A stretch of DNA of 64,000 bases, taken from NCBI GenBank assembly GCA_963844885.1, contig CAWJQA010000008.1, positions 250,039 to 314,038 on the forward strand, read 5' to 3'. The notes beneath the pieces are model-generated. The model was not told the DNA's origin, made no database searches, and saw only the letters and a program-made list of their open reading frames with translations. The translations under genes and the position numbers were made by a program. The DNA is from an uncultured Holophagales bacterium. GTDB taxonomy: Bacteria > Acidobacteriota > Thermoanaerobaculia > Multivoradales > UBA5704. The stretch's first letter is position 1. Every line of letters begins with the position of its first letter. Below are positions 7,964 through 18,103 of the stretch, piece by piece.

Positions 7964-10203
7964 CTCGCGTCGCGGGCCTCGGAAAGGTTGAAGGTGACCA
8001 TATTGTAGGCGGCATCGGTGACGCGCAGCAGGAGCAACCCGCCGGGTTTCGGTTTTTCGTCACGGGGCTCGACGAGCAGCGTCTCGGTCTGGCCGTCGAT
8101 CAGCCCGTCCGCGGACGCTACCGGTTTCCACTCCTGCGCGTCCACGCTCACCATGGCCTCGCGCAGAGGGTTCGCGGCGTCGCGGACGGTGGCGCGCAGC
8201 CGGCCGCCCTGGCGGTCCACCTTGATCAGCACCGGCGTGGTGTTGTCCACGACCACGGGATCGCTCACCCGCTCGGCGGCCAGGGCGCTTCCCGGATCGT
8301 TCGACGGCCGGTCCGACGCCCGCAGCCGGAAGCGATAGATTCCGTCCGGCAGGGCCGTGGCGTCGAAGGCGTAGTAGCTCTCCTCCAGCCCGTCCGCGAC
8401 CCGCATCCAGTCGCCCTGCGAGTCGGCCGGCCGGAAGGAGAGCTCGTACTCCAGCGCATCCTGGTTGGGGTCGGAAGCGGCCCAGCGGAGCGTCCGGAAT
8501 CCTTTCTTCCACAGCGGCTTGGTGCGGCCGTCGTCCTCGTCCGCGGGTTGGCCGAGGGTGGTGAAGATCCCTTCGCGGGTCGGGTGCGCCGGCTCGTAGA
8601 CCTGGTTCGTGGGGTTGAAGTTCGCCGGTACCAGAATCTGTCCCGGCTCCAGGGCGCCGAAGCCGTCGATGCGCGGGCTCAGGTTCTCCTGGCGGTAGGA
8701 CAGCTCGGCGGTCTGGAGGACGGGAGGCGCGGCGGTACTCGCCGCGGTACTCCCCTCCAACTCGGCCCGCCACTGGACGTAGCGGCCGCGGGGGAGGTCG
8801 TCGAGAACGATCTCCTCGCCTTTCTTCGCCGCGGTCCAGGGCGACCAGGTGCGGTCCGGCGCGGCGCTCATGCCGCTGCGGAAGGAGAAGCGGATTCCAC
8901 TGCCGCCCGGAGTTTCGCCGTGCCACCGGAAGGTGCCGAAGCGGGCGGCCTGCGCGGCGTCGAGCGCGGCGCTGATGTAGGTGCCGGTCTTTTCGGTCCC
9001 CGAAGTGATCCGGTAGAGGGCCGCCGCGTTGGTGGTGGCGAAGGCCGGCCCGGCCTCGCCCGGCAGCAGGGTCACGATCTGCCGCTCGTCCACGTCCTTT
9101 TCGAGGAGGAGCTGGCGGTCGGACCAGCTATAGAGCTTGCCTTCCAGCCCGGTGGCCACCCAGACGCGCCCCTTGGACCAGAGCACGTCGTAGACGGTTT
9201 CGTTGGCGAAGCTCCAGAGGCTCTCGACGACGCCGCTGGGCGAGATCGCCAGCAGCTCGCTGCGCGGTCCGGTGGCACCGGCCGGGCGGGTACCGGCCGC
9301 GACCTCTCCGGCGTCGGCAGCCCCCCCGGTAGCCGCGGCAGGCGGCGCCGCGGCCTGGCCGTCGGCCGCCCCCCCGCCCGCCCCCCCGCCAGTACCGGGC
9401 TGGGAGAGATCGACGAGGCTGGACTCCGACGCCACCGCGCCGGCATAGCAGGTACCGTCCGGACTCACGCTCAGGGCCACGATCTCGGGTTCGTCGGCGT
9501 CATAGAGCGTGCGGGCGGTGCCGTCCTTGCCCAGCCGCAGGACGAGCCCCTCGCCCGCGGTGCCGAGGAGAATGTCGCCGTCCGGCAGCACCGTCATGGA
9601 GCGCAGGTGGGTGTCGTCGCTGTCGTAGAGCACCTCGCCGTGGCCGTTCGCAGCCACCTTGAAGAGCTTGCCCTGGGTGCCGGTGGCGACCAGGAGGCTG
9701 CCGTCCCTGGCCCGGGTCAGCGCCCAGATGTAGGTCTCGCCAGGATCGAAGAAGACATCCGCCTTTCCCTGGGTTCCCTTGGGGATGCGGTAGACCTTGC
9801 CGCGCGGCGAGGTGCCCGCGAACACGGTGCCGTCGGGGTCCACCCAGACGGCGAAGACCTCGGGCTCGGGCGCCGCGAACAGCTCGGTGATCTTGCCCTG
9901 GCGGTCGATCCCGAGCACCTTGCCGGCGTTGCCGGTGCCGGCGATCCAGCCGCCGCTCCCGTCACTCCCGCTTGCAACTGAAAGCAGGAAGGGTTCGCCG
10001 ATCGAAGCGACCCGCTCGGCGCGGGGTGCGAGCGACATCCGGCCGAGCGAATCGACGCTCACCCCTTCCAGCGTACCGGCGAGGAAGCCGGCCTGGCTCT
10101 GAGTCTGGAAGATGTGGACCTGCGTGGCCGACGCCGCCGCCGGCACGAGAAGAACCAGGAGAAAAGCCAGTGCGAGTCCGACACCTGCAGCGCGCTGCTT
10201 CAA
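7960..10203 (-). CDS. exported beta-propeller repeat protein with C-terminal Y_Y_Y-like domain
   Basis: TTG start with GGAGG 6 nt upstream. Signal peptide KQRAAGVGLALAFLLVLLVPAAASA. There are repeated G-x-V/L-Y/F propeller-like blades. The C-terminus reads LEYELSFRPADSQGDWMRV...YYAFDATALPDGIYRFRLRASD. Confidence 0.7.
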   Translation of the reverse strand: MKQRAAGVGLALAFLLVLLVPAAASATQVHIFQTQSQAGFLAGTLEGVSVDSLGRMSLAPRAERVASIGEPFLLSVASGSDGSGGWIAGTGNAGKVLGIDRQGKITELFAAPEPEVFAVWVDPDGTVFAGTSPRGKVYRIPKGTQGKADVFFDPGETYIWALTRARDGSLLVATGTQGKLFKVAANGHGEVLYDSDDTHLRSMTVLPDGDILLGTAGEGLVLRLGKDGTARTLYDADEPEIVALSVSPDGTCYAGAVASESSLVDLSQPGTGGGAGGGAADGQAAAPPAAATGGAADAGEVAAGTRPAGATGPRSELLAISPSGVVESLWSFANETVYDVLWSKGRVWVATGLEGKLYSWSDRQLLLEKDVDERQIVTLLPGEAGPAFATTNAAALYRITSGTEKTGTYISAALDAAQAARFGTFRWHGETPGGSGIRFSFRSGMSAAPDRTWSPWTAAKKGEEIVLDDLPRGRYVQWRAELEGSTAASTAAPPVLQTAELSYRQENLSPRIDGFGALEPGQILVPANFNPTNQVYEPAHPTREGIFTTLGQPADEDDGRTKPLWKKGFRTLRWAASDPNQDALEYELSFRPADSQGDWMRVADGLEESYYAFDATALPDGIYRFRLRASDRPSNDPGSALAAERVSDPVVVDNTTPVLIKVDRQGGRLRATVRDAANPLREAMVSVDAQEWKPVASADGLIDGQTETLLVEPRDEKPKPGGLLLLRVTDAAYNMVTFNLSEARDAR

Positions 10204-12143
10204 CGATCACCTCCGACGGTCTCTCCGCCGCCCGAAATGGGATCGCGGCGTTTCACTTCCAAGTCGACCCGCACGAGCCCGGAGATCGGGACCGGCATGG
10301 TCTCGTGGTATTCCTGGGCGATGGTGGCGCGCAGCGGCACGGCGCTGCCGGACGCGGCGGCACCCCAAAGCGAGCGCATCGAGCCGGGCAGGCGCGGCAT
10401 CACCTCCCCGGCCACCGAGAGGCCCGCGCCGCCGTAGAAACCGAGCACGACGAGGTCGCGCCGGGAGTGCAGCGAGCGCAGCAGCTCCAGGAGCTGGGGA
10501 AAATTCACGGGGTCGGCGGGCTCCAGGGCGAGGCGGGCACCGTCGGCGCTCGCGCCGTCGCCGATCAGCAGCGAGTAGCGGCCGGCCGGCAGATCCTCCG
10601 GCAGGTCGAGCGCGACCGAGCGCCGGAAGCGCTCGCCGCGGTAGGCGGCGAGGTCGAGGGTGATCCCGACGCGGTCGCCCGGCCGCACCACGGTGCGGTC
10701 GGCGTGGGCGCCCTCGAGGGTCGCCGCGCGCGGCTGGGTCGCCTGGACGACGTCGACCTGGATGTCCTCGAAGCCGACCTGCTCGATCGCGCTCTGGCTC
10801 ACGAAGGAGGCCACCGCCAGCAGAAACGATGCGGCCTCACCGGTGGCGCTGTCGCCGTCGAAGCTCTGCCGCACCTCCAGGTCGCCGTACTTCTCGAGCC
10901 GGAAGCGCGCGGTCACGTCGAGCCCCTGCGAGCCCGAGGTGTACGAGGCGGACTCCAGTCCCGCCACCATGGCGCTGCTCACCAGCATGGGGGTGTAGAC
11001 GGTCACGTCCGCGAGCCGCATCCGGAACTCGCGCGGCTTGTCACCGCCGCCAGTGCCGCCGCCCGAGATGCGCAGCACCATGGGCACGGTGGGCGCCTTG
11101 ACGCCGAGCCGCCCCTGGATGCCGGCCTTGCGGTCCTGCTCGAAAGCGCCGACCTCCTCGCCCAGGTTGGAGATCTTGAAGGAGGTGTTCTGGTTCGACA
11201 GCACCATCACCACCTCGGCGCTCGCCATGGGCACCGTGATCGGGCCGAGGCCCAGGAAGGGGTGGCCGAAGGCGAGCACCTGATCGCCGTAGCGGTCGGT
11301 CACCGTGCCGATGGCGGCGAGCCGGAAGTCGCCGTCCACGAGCACCGCGCCGACGGCGCTGCCGAGCTTGAGATCCTCGTCCGTGTCGCCGGGCAACGCC
11401 TTGCCCGCCGAGCCGACCGAGCCGAGCGCCTGCGCCAGGATGCCCTGCGACTGTACGCCGAACCCGGAGGTGGCCCACTGCACGCTGGCCACGGCGTCGT
11501 TGGCCATGCGGGGGCGGAGCTTCGCCAGCTCCCGCTGCAGGAGATCCGGCGGGATCTTCCCCGAGAGCAGGTCGGCGAGGCTCAGCATCCGAGCCATGGG
11601 GACCGCCGGCATCGGCGGTGTCGGCGGCATCGGCGCCACGCCCTTGAGCCCCGAGAGCCGCCGCATGGACTCGATCGGGGTGATGCCGGCGATGGCCTCG
11701 TGCGAGAAGGGCCAACTGAAGGCGACCGCCCCGGCAAGACGGCCGTCCAGGAAGACCGGGCTGCCGCTCATGCCGGCGGCCACGCCGCTCTTCTCCAGCC
11801 CCTTGCCGGTCAGACGGGCCAGGATGTAGCTCATGTCGACGGCGCCCTGGTTGCGCATGACGCCGACCACCTCGACCTCGAAGCGCTCCGGCTCGCTGCC
11901 GGAGAACACCGTGAGACCGTAGCCCTTCTGGCCGGCCTTGACTTCATCGACCGGGATGATGGGCAGCTCCTTGGGTCCGGACTGCCGTTCGATCGGCTGG
12001 ATCGGTGCGGGCGGCTGAACCGGCGCGGGCGGCTGGGGCGGTCCGGGCGGCTGCGGCTGGCCGGCCCGGGCGGCAGACGAGACGGACGCGAGGAGGAGCA
12101 GGCCCGCGAGGGCTCGCCGGTGGAGGCGGGGTGATCGCATCAT
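10200..12143 (-). CDS. SpoIVB/S55-family serine peptidase-like exported protein
   Basis: Signal peptide MMRSPRLHRRALAGLLLLASVSSAARA. Serine-protease motif AAGMSGSPVFLDGRLAGAVAF. Its start overlaps the tsaC stop by 4 nt (12140-12143), and its stop overlaps the TTG start of the downstream propeller gene by 4 nt (10200-10203). Confidence 0.7.
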   Translation of the reverse strand: MMRSPRLHRRALAGLLLLASVSSAARAGQPQPPGPPQPPAPVQPPAPIQPIERQSGPKELPIIPVDEVKAGQKGYGLTVFSGSEPERFEVEVVGVMRNQGAVDMSYILARLTGKGLEKSGVAAGMSGSPVFLDGRLAGAVAFSWPFSHEAIAGITPIESMRRLSGLKGVAPMPPTPPMPAVPMARMLSLADLLSGKIPPDLLQRELAKLRPRMANDAVASVQWATSGFGVQSQGILAQALGSVGSAGKALPGDTDEDLKLGSAVGAVLVDGDFRLAAIGTVTDRYGDQVLAFGHPFLGLGPITVPMASAEVVMVLSNQNTSFKISNLGEEVGAFEQDRKAGIQGRLGVKAPTVPMVLRISGGGTGGGDKPREFRMRLADVTVYTPMLVSSAMVAGLESASYTSGSQGLDVTARFRLEKYGDLEVRQSFDGDSATGEAASFLLAVASFVSQSAIEQVGFEDIQVDVVQATQPRAATLEGAHADRTVVRPGDRVGITLDLAAYRGERFRRSVALDLPEDLPAGRYSLLIGDGASADGARLALEPADPVNFPQLLELLRSLHSRRDLVVLGFYGGAGLSVAGEVMPRLPGSMRSLWGAAASGSAVPLRATIAQEYHETMPVPISGLVRVDLEVKRRDPISGGGETVGGDR

Positions 12144-12799
12144 ACTTCCTCTCCCTGGGCCGTCTGAAGCGTCACGCCGGATTGCCGGAGCGCCTCGAGC
12201 AGCCGATCGACGGGAAATCTCCCTGTCCGTAGAACCACGGGTCCGCCCTCCTCTATTGCCACCACGGTCGACGGCAGCCCGCCGGGCAACACGCCGCCGT
12301 CCACCACCACCGCATCCTCGCCGGCCAGCAGCTCCGCCGCGCCCGCGGGATCCAGGACCGGCTCCCCGCCGCTCGGGTTGGCACTGGTCGCCGTCAGCCC
12401 GTGCCCCAGCTCGGACAGCAGGTGCCGCAGGCCCTCGTGGCCCGGGATCCGCACCGCGAGCGCCGCCTCTCCTCCCGAAGCCGGAAGCGCGCGCGCGGCG
12501 GGCAGGATCACGGTGAGAGGCCCCGGCCAGCAGGCGGAGAGGGGGATCAGTATAGAAAGGTCTGGATCGATCCCCAAATCCGCGAGCTGCTCCGGCCCCG
12601 CCACCACCGCGGGCAACGGCTTGCGCGGCTCGCGGCCCTTGATACGATAGATCGCCTCCACGCCGGTCCGGTTCCGCGGATCGGCTCCCAGGCCGTAGCT
12701 TGACTCCGTCGGAATGGCCAGGACGCCGCCCCGCCGGAGGAGCGCCCGCAGCGGCTCGACCGGATCGCCCGGGTGCCAGAGCGGGGCGGGAGTCTTCAT
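12140..12799 (-). CDS. tsaC: L-threonylcarbamoyladenylate synthase (YrdC/TsaC family)
   Basis: Contains GGVLAIPTESSYGLGADPRN...AIYRIKGREPRKPLPAVV and LTATSANPSGGEP. It has an ATGA overlap with the recN stop. Confidence 0.85.
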   Translation of the reverse strand: MKTPAPLWHPGDPVEPLRALLRRGGVLAIPTESSYGLGADPRNRTGVEAIYRIKGREPRKPLPAVVAGPEQLADLGIDPDLSILIPLSACWPGPLTVILPAARALPASGGEAALAVRIPGHEGLRHLLSELGHGLTATSANPSGGEPVLDPAGAAELLAGEDAVVVDGGVLPGGLPSTVVAIEEGGPVVLRTGRFPVDRLLEALRQSGVTLQTAQGEEV

Positions 12800-14562
12800 C
12801 GGCGCTTCGGCTTCGGAGCCGCCTTGGCTCGACGGGCGCTCCCTTCGATCAGCTCGCGGGCGTGGGAGAGCGACAGTGGAGTCACCTGGGAGCCGGCGAG
12901 CATGCGCGCCACCTCCTCGACCCGCGCGCCGGCCGCCAGCTCCTCCACCTGGACCCGGGTGCGCCCCTTGTCCACCGTCTTGCTCACCTTGAAGTGGACG
13001 TCGGCGAAGCAGGCGACCTGCGGCAGGTGGGTGACGGCGAGGATCTGCCCGCCTTCGGCCAGCCGCTGGAGCTTGCGGCCGAGCGCCGCGGCCTCGGCGC
13101 CGCCGATGCCGGTGTCCACCTCGTCGAACACCAGGCTGGGCCGCGCCGTATCCGCGGCATCCGCGGCCGTGGTCTCGCCGTGGGCGGCGAGCTGGAGGGC
13201 GAGGTGGATGCGCGAGAGCTCGCCGCCGGACGCGATGCGCGCCATCGGCCGGGGCTCCTCGCCGGGGTTCGGCGCGAAGAGGAAGACCACCTGGTCGATG
13301 CCGTCGCGGCCGAAGTCGGTTGGCACCTCGTCGAGAACGAGCGGGCTGCCGGCCCGGCGGCGGCGCTCCAGCGCCACGCCGAGACGGGCGCGGGCGAGCC
13401 CGAGATCCTCGAGCTCGGCCTCGATGCGCTCGACCAGCGCCTTGCCCCAGCGCTCGCGGGCCTGGGAGAGGGCGACGGCCGCCGCGCGGTACTCTTCGAG
13501 AGCGGCGGCCACGCGGGCCTCCAGCTCGTCGCGGTTCAGGGCGTCGCCTTCCAGCTCGGCCAGCTCGGTCTCGATCTCGGCGCGCCGGGCGAGGACGGCA
13601 GCGGTGTCTCCACCGTGCTTACGGCAGAGCCGTTCGAGCAACGCGAGCCGCTCCTCGATGAAGTCGAGCCGCGCCGGATCGGCCTCCAGGCCGTCGAGGC
13701 GGTGGCTGAGCGAGGTGGACAGCTCGGCGAGCCGGATGCGCACCTCCTCCAGCTCGGCGTTCCAGGCCGCGGCCTGCGGCTCCCAGGATTCGACGTCGGC
13801 GAGCAAACTCTGGCTCTTGCCGACCCGCTCCAGAGCCGAGCCTTCCTCCTCGGAGATCAGGGAGAACGCGGTGCCGAGGGCGCGGGTGATGGCCTCGGCG
13901 TGGCGGAGCACCTCGCGTTCGGTGCGCAGCTCGGTCTCCTCACCGGCGCGGATCCGGGCGCCGTCGATCTCGGACGCCTGGAACCGGAGAAGGTCGATGC
14001 GCTCGCGGCGGGCGCGGGCGTCGCCGGTGAGACGCTCCAGCCGTTCGGCGAGCCGGGAGTACTGGTCGAAGGCGGACTCCACCCGGCCCCGCAGAGGCTC
14101 ACCCTCCGAGCCTCCGCTGCGGTCGAGCATCCGCTTCTGAAGCTCGGGCTCGACCAGGCCCATCTCGTCGCGCTGGCCGTGGATGCGCAGCAGGTAGGGG
14201 GCGAGATCCGAGAGCAGGCGCAGGGTGGTGGGCTGATCGTTGACGAAGACCCGGTTGCGCCCGCTGCGGGCGATCTCGCGCCGCACGAGCACCTCACGGC
14301 CCTCGGTCTCCAATCCAGCTTCGTCGAAGACCGTGCGCCAGGCGTCGCCTTCCAGCTCGAACACGCCGCTCACGGTGAGCGCGTCGGCGTCGCTGCGGAT
14401 CATCTCCGTGCTGGCGCGGGAGCCGGAAAGAAGCGACAGCGAGTCGACGATGATCGACTTGCCCGCCCCCGTCTCGCCCGAGAGAATATTCAGGCCGGCC
14501 CCCAGCTCGACGGAGGCTTCGGCCATGACGGCCAGGTTGCGGACGTGGATTTCGCGCAGCAC
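12796..14562 (-). CDS. recN: DNA repair protein RecN
   Basis: GTG start. N-terminus LREIHVRNLAVMAEASVELGAGLNILSGETGAGKSIIVDSL, a long coiled-coil middle, and C-terminal SGGELSRIHLAL...LVFDEVDTGIGG. Confidence 0.95.
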   Translation of the reverse strand: MLREIHVRNLAVMAEASVELGAGLNILSGETGAGKSIIVDSLSLLSGSRASTEMIRSDADALTVSGVFELEGDAWRTVFDEAGLETEGREVLVRREIARSGRNRVFVNDQPTTLRLLSDLAPYLLRIHGQRDEMGLVEPELQKRMLDRSGGSEGEPLRGRVESAFDQYSRLAERLERLTGDARARRERIDLLRFQASEIDGARIRAGEETELRTEREVLRHAEAITRALGTAFSLISEEEGSALERVGKSQSLLADVESWEPQAAAWNAELEEVRIRLAELSTSLSHRLDGLEADPARLDFIEERLALLERLCRKHGGDTAAVLARRAEIETELAELEGDALNRDELEARVAAALEEYRAAAVALSQARERWGKALVERIEAELEDLGLARARLGVALERRRRAGSPLVLDEVPTDFGRDGIDQVVFLFAPNPGEEPRPMARIASGGELSRIHLALQLAAHGETTAADAADTARPSLVFDEVDTGIGGAEAAALGRKLQRLAEGGQILAVTHLPQVACFADVHFKVSKTVDKGRTRVQVEELAAGARVEEVARMLAGSQVTPLSLSHARELIEGSARRAKAAPKPKRR

Positions 14563-14576
14563 GGAGGCGGAGAATA

Positions 14577-14978
14577 TCAGAGCTGGGGTTTCGGCCCGTT
14601 CCAGCAGGACGGCACGAACTCGGGGTCCTCCTGGGCGCGGCGCTCGAAGCTCAGGAAGTCGTAGTAGCCGCAGCGCACGGTGGCCGGGTAGAGGCGGCAG
14701 ATGTCGGGCCGCGCCTCGTAGATGGTGCAGCGCCGGGTCTCCGTGTCCAGGAAGCGGCAGACCGTGCCGTAGACCGTGTCCGGCTGGTGGCGCATCACCA
14801 CTTCCCCGGGATCCTCGCCTTTCTTGGTAAACTTCCGCGCGGCCGACTCCACGCTCAGGCCGAAGTGCTGCGCCAGACGCTCGACGTCCGCCGGCTGGAG
14901 TGGGATCCTCGGATAGGAACAGCAGTAGGCGGGACAGCGGTTGCAGTTGTAGAAGATCGTCAGGCCCACGGTCCGCAT
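14577..14978 (-). CDS. YkgJ-family cysteine-cluster (zinc/iron-chelating) protein
   Basis: MRTVGLTIFYNCNRCPAYCCSYP...CRFLDTETRRCTIYEARPDICRLYP. I chose ATG 14978 because GAGGG lies 4 nt upstream. Confidence 0.75.
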   Translation of the reverse strand: MRTVGLTIFYNCNRCPAYCCSYPRIPLQPADVERLAQHFGLSVESAARKFTKKGEDPGEVVMRHQPDTVYGTVCRFLDTETRRCTIYEARPDICRLYPATVRCGYYDFLSFERRAQEDPEFVPSCWNGPKPQL

Positions 14979-15000
14979 TCTACCCTCGGGAGGCCCTTTC

Positions 15001-17010
15001 ATGCGCTCGAAGTCTCTCTTCCAGGTTGCCTTCGCGCTGTTCCTCGCCCTGGCCGGCCCCGGTATCACCGGGGGGGCAGCGGATGCGGGCGGCGACATGG
15101 TGTCCGTCCCGGACAGCATCGTCGCGCGCCACGTGCCGCCCATCCCACGCGCCGCCACCGAGGGGCTCCTGCCTTACGAAAACCTGCGCGCCGCCTGGTT
15201 CGCGGACTGGCATCCGAGCGAGCGCCGCCTCCTCATCCGCACCCGCTTCGGCGAGAGCGTGCAGCTCCACGAGGTCGCCATGCCCATGGGCGCCCGTACG
15301 CAGCTCACGTTCTACAAGGACACCGTCAACGAAGGCGCATACCGCCCGGGACGCCCGCAACAGATCGTGTTTTCGATCAACGAGGGCGGCGCCGAGAACT
15401 ACCAGCTCCTGCTCCTCGACACCGGCACCGGCAAGGCCCGGCGCTTCACCGACGGCAAGAGCCGCAATACGGACCTGTCCTGGTCCCACGACGGCAAGCT
15501 CCTCGCCTACCTCAACAACTCCCGCAACGGCCGCGACTTCGACCTCTACACGATCGATCCCGGAATGTCCGCCGGCAGCGGCGGCGGCGGCGAGCGCCGG
15601 GTCGCCGAGCTTCCGGGCACCTGGTCGATCCTCGATTGGAGCCCGGACGACCGGCGCATCCTGCTGCGGGAGGAGATCTCCGCCAATGAGACCTACCTGC
15701 ACTGGGTCGACCTGGCGAGCGGCGAGGTCCACGCCCTGACCCCACGGCAATCTCCGGGCGCCCCGGGCGGCGAGCCCGTCTCCTGGCAGGACGCCCTATG
15801 GTCCGGCGACGGGCTCTCGGTCCTCGCGGCCAGCGATCTGGACAGCGAGGTTCTCCGCCTCGTGCGCATCGACCTCGCGGGAGGCAAGCCGATCCCCCTG
15901 CCCGCTACAGCCGGCCTGCGCTGGAACGTGGAGTCGTTCGGCCTCTCGGACGACGGCAGCCTCCTCGCCTTCCTGGTCAACGAGGACGGCGTCAGCCGGC
16001 TGCACTTCCTCGACCTGCGGACCGGCAAGGAGCTGCCGGCGCCCGAGATGCCCGAGGGCGTCGCGACGCGGCCGCGGTTCCGGCCGGGCTCGCACGAGGT
16101 GGCGTTCTCGCTGAACTGGGCGCGCTCGCCGCGCGATGTCTTCAGCTACGACGCCGACTCCCGTCGCCTGGAGCGCTGGACCGCCAGCGAGGCCGGCGGC
16201 CTCAACACCTCCGCCTTCGTCCTCCCCGAGCTGGTCCACGTCAAGAGCTTCGACGGTCTCCCCATCCCGGCGTTCGTCTACCGTCCGCCCGCCGATCGCT
16301 TCCCCGGCAAACGGCCGGTCTACATCGACATCCACGGCGGTCCCGAAGATCAGGCCCGGCCCGGCTTCCTCGGCAGCAACAACTATTTCATCAACGAGAT
16401 GGGCATCGCGCTCGTAGTGCCCAACGTGCGCGGCTCCACGGGCTACGGCAAGAGCTACCTGAAGCTCGACAACGGCGAGAAGCGCGAGGATTCGGTCAAG
16501 GACATCGGCGCGCTTCTCGACTGGATCGCCACCCAGCCCGGCCTCGACGCCTCCCGCGTCATGGTGTCCGGCGGCTCTTACGGCGGCTACATGGTGCTCG
16601 CCTCGCTCGTCCACTACAGCGACCGGCTGCGCTGCGCCTTCGACTCCGTGGGGATCAGCGACTTCGTGACCTTCCTGGAGAGCACGAGCGACTACCGCCG
16701 CGACCTGCGGCGCGTCGAGTACGGCGACGAGCGGGATCCCGAGATGCGCGAGTACCTCCTCAAGATCGCGCCGGCCCGCAACGTCGAGAAGATGAAACGG
16801 CCGCTGCTGGTCACCCAGGGGGCCAACGATCCGCGCGTACCGATCTCCGAGTCGGACCGGATCGTCGCCGCTCTCGAAGGGCGCGGCGTACCGGTCTGGT
16901 ACCTCGTCGCCAAGGACGAGGGCCACGGCTTCCAGAAGAAGAGCAACACCGACTACCAGCGCGCCGTGGTGGTGCGGTTCATCGAGGAGTTCCTGCTGGG
17001 GCCTGGCTGA
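15001..17010 (+). CDS. S9-family serine peptidase (beta-propeller + alpha/beta hydrolase)
   Basis: Signal peptide, TolB-like propeller region, nucleophile motif VSGGSYGGYM, and LLVTQGANDPRVP...GHGF. Confidence 0.85.
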   Translation: MRSKSLFQVAFALFLALAGPGITGGAADAGGDMVSVPDSIVARHVPPIPRAATEGLLPYENLRAAWFADWHPSERRLLIRTRFGESVQLHEVAMPMGARTQLTFYKDTVNEGAYRPGRPQQIVFSINEGGAENYQLLLLDTGTGKARRFTDGKSRNTDLSWSHDGKLLAYLNNSRNGRDFDLYTIDPGMSAGSGGGGERRVAELPGTWSILDWSPDDRRILLREEISANETYLHWVDLASGEVHALTPRQSPGAPGGEPVSWQDALWSGDGLSVLAASDLDSEVLRLVRIDLAGGKPIPLPATAGLRWNVESFGLSDDGSLLAFLVNEDGVSRLHFLDLRTGKELPAPEMPEGVATRPRFRPGSHEVAFSLNWARSPRDVFSYDADSRRLERWTASEAGGLNTSAFVLPELVHVKSFDGLPIPAFVYRPPADRFPGKRPVYIDIHGGPEDQARPGFLGSNNYFINEMGIALVVPNVRGSTGYGKSYLKLDNGEKREDSVKDIGALLDWIATQPGLDASRVMVSGGSYGGYMVLASLVHYSDRLRCAFDSVGISDFVTFLESTSDYRRDLRRVEYGDERDPEMREYLLKIAPARNVEKMKRPLLVTQGANDPRVPISESDRIVAALEGRGVPVWYLVAKDEGHGFQKKSNTDYQRAVVVRFIEEFLLGPG

Positions 17011-17016
17011 GGGAGG

Positions 17017-18048
17017 CTACGCCTCCGGCGAGTAGATCGCGACGCGGTTGCGCCCGCTCCGCTTCGAGAGGAGCAGGGCGTGATCGGCGGCGTGATAGAG
17101 ATCCTGCGGCGCCGGCATCCGGTCGGAGAGCTGCGCCACGCCGAAGCTGCAGCTCAGGGAGATCTTGAGGTCGCCGTAGCGGTGGTCGAGATCCAGGACC
17201 CGGTCGCGCAGCTTGAGCGCCAGGTTCTCCGCCTGGGCGGCCGTGGTCTCGGGCGACAGGATCACGAACTCGTCACCGCCGACGCGGGCCAGGGTCTGCT
17301 CCGGCCTCACCAGATCCTTCGCCAGCGCGGCCACCTGCTTGAGGGCGAAGTCGCCGCAGAGATGGCCGTAGGTATCGTTGATGCGCTTGAACTCGTCGAG
17401 GTCGAAGATCATCAGCGACAACGGCCGCGAGTGGCGGACGGCGCGCGCGAACTCGCGCTGCACCTCCTCCTCGAACTTCCGCTTGTTGTAGATCTCGGTC
17501 AACCCGTCCAGCGACACGAGCTCGTAGATCGCCATGTGGTAGGCGCTCTCGACGTCCTGCTCGTGGAGGAACTTGAAGTGGACCGCGGCGGTCTGGAAGC
17601 GGTCGCCGGTCTTCAGCACCGTCCGGCCATGGATGGCCTGGCCGTTGACGTAGGTGCCGTTGGTGCTCCCGAGATCCTCCAGAGTCACCAACGAACCGAC
17701 GTAGCGCAGCCGGGCGTGCTTGCGCGAGATCGACATGACCTCGGGCAGGCTGATCGCCACCGAGCTCGACCGGCCGATCTCCAGGGTCGTCCCCGAGGAG
17801 AGGCGGAAGCGCGAGCCGAGCCGCTGACCCTCGGGGTGGGCGATCAGGATGATGTCCGCCTCGGACTCCCCCGCCACCGCCAGACCGCCGCGCACCACCC
17901 GCTCCCGGGTAGCGGTCTGGAAGGTCTGGGTGAGGCCGCTCTCCTGGAGAGAGGACGAGTCGATGCCGTCCGTGTCGCTCTCGCCACGCTCGAGTTGCTG
18001 GTACGAATCCGAACGCTGGCGCTCGTCCATGATTTGACGCGATCTCAT
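17017..18048 (-). CDS. FHA domain-containing diguanylate cyclase (GGDEF)
   Basis: FHA signature (GRSSSVAISL...ISRKHARL...GSTNGTYVNGQ) followed by a GGDEF domain (RVGGDEFVILS). Confidence 0.85.
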   Translation of the reverse strand: MRSRQIMDERQRSDSYQQLERGESDTDGIDSSSLQESGLTQTFQTATRERVVRGGLAVAGESEADIILIAHPEGQRLGSRFRLSSGTTLEIGRSSSVAISLPEVMSISRKHARLRYVGSLVTLEDLGSTNGTYVNGQAIHGRTVLKTGDRFQTAAVHFKFLHEQDVESAYHMAIYELVSLDGLTEIYNKRKFEEEVQREFARAVRHSRPLSLMIFDLDEFKRINDTYGHLCGDFALKQVAALAKDLVRPEQTLARVGGDEFVILSPETTAAQAENLALKLRDRVLDLDHRYGDLKISLSCSFGVAQLSDRMPAPQDLYHAADHALLLSKRSGRNRVAIYSPEA

Positions 18049-18103
18049 CTCTTCCTGACGTGGCAGATTTGAATTGTATCACGCCGCTGCGCGCGGCCGA
18101 AGG

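Noticed and set aside
9972-14664. Long plus-strand ORFs (9972..12134, 12700..14664, 12773..14140) opposite the S55 peptidase, tsaC and recN
   Set aside because: This is the same GC artefact. There are no motifs, and the opposite strand encodes recognisable proteins end to end. The same reasoning applies to 21901..23772, 36823..38616, 49849..53775 and 53934..56552.
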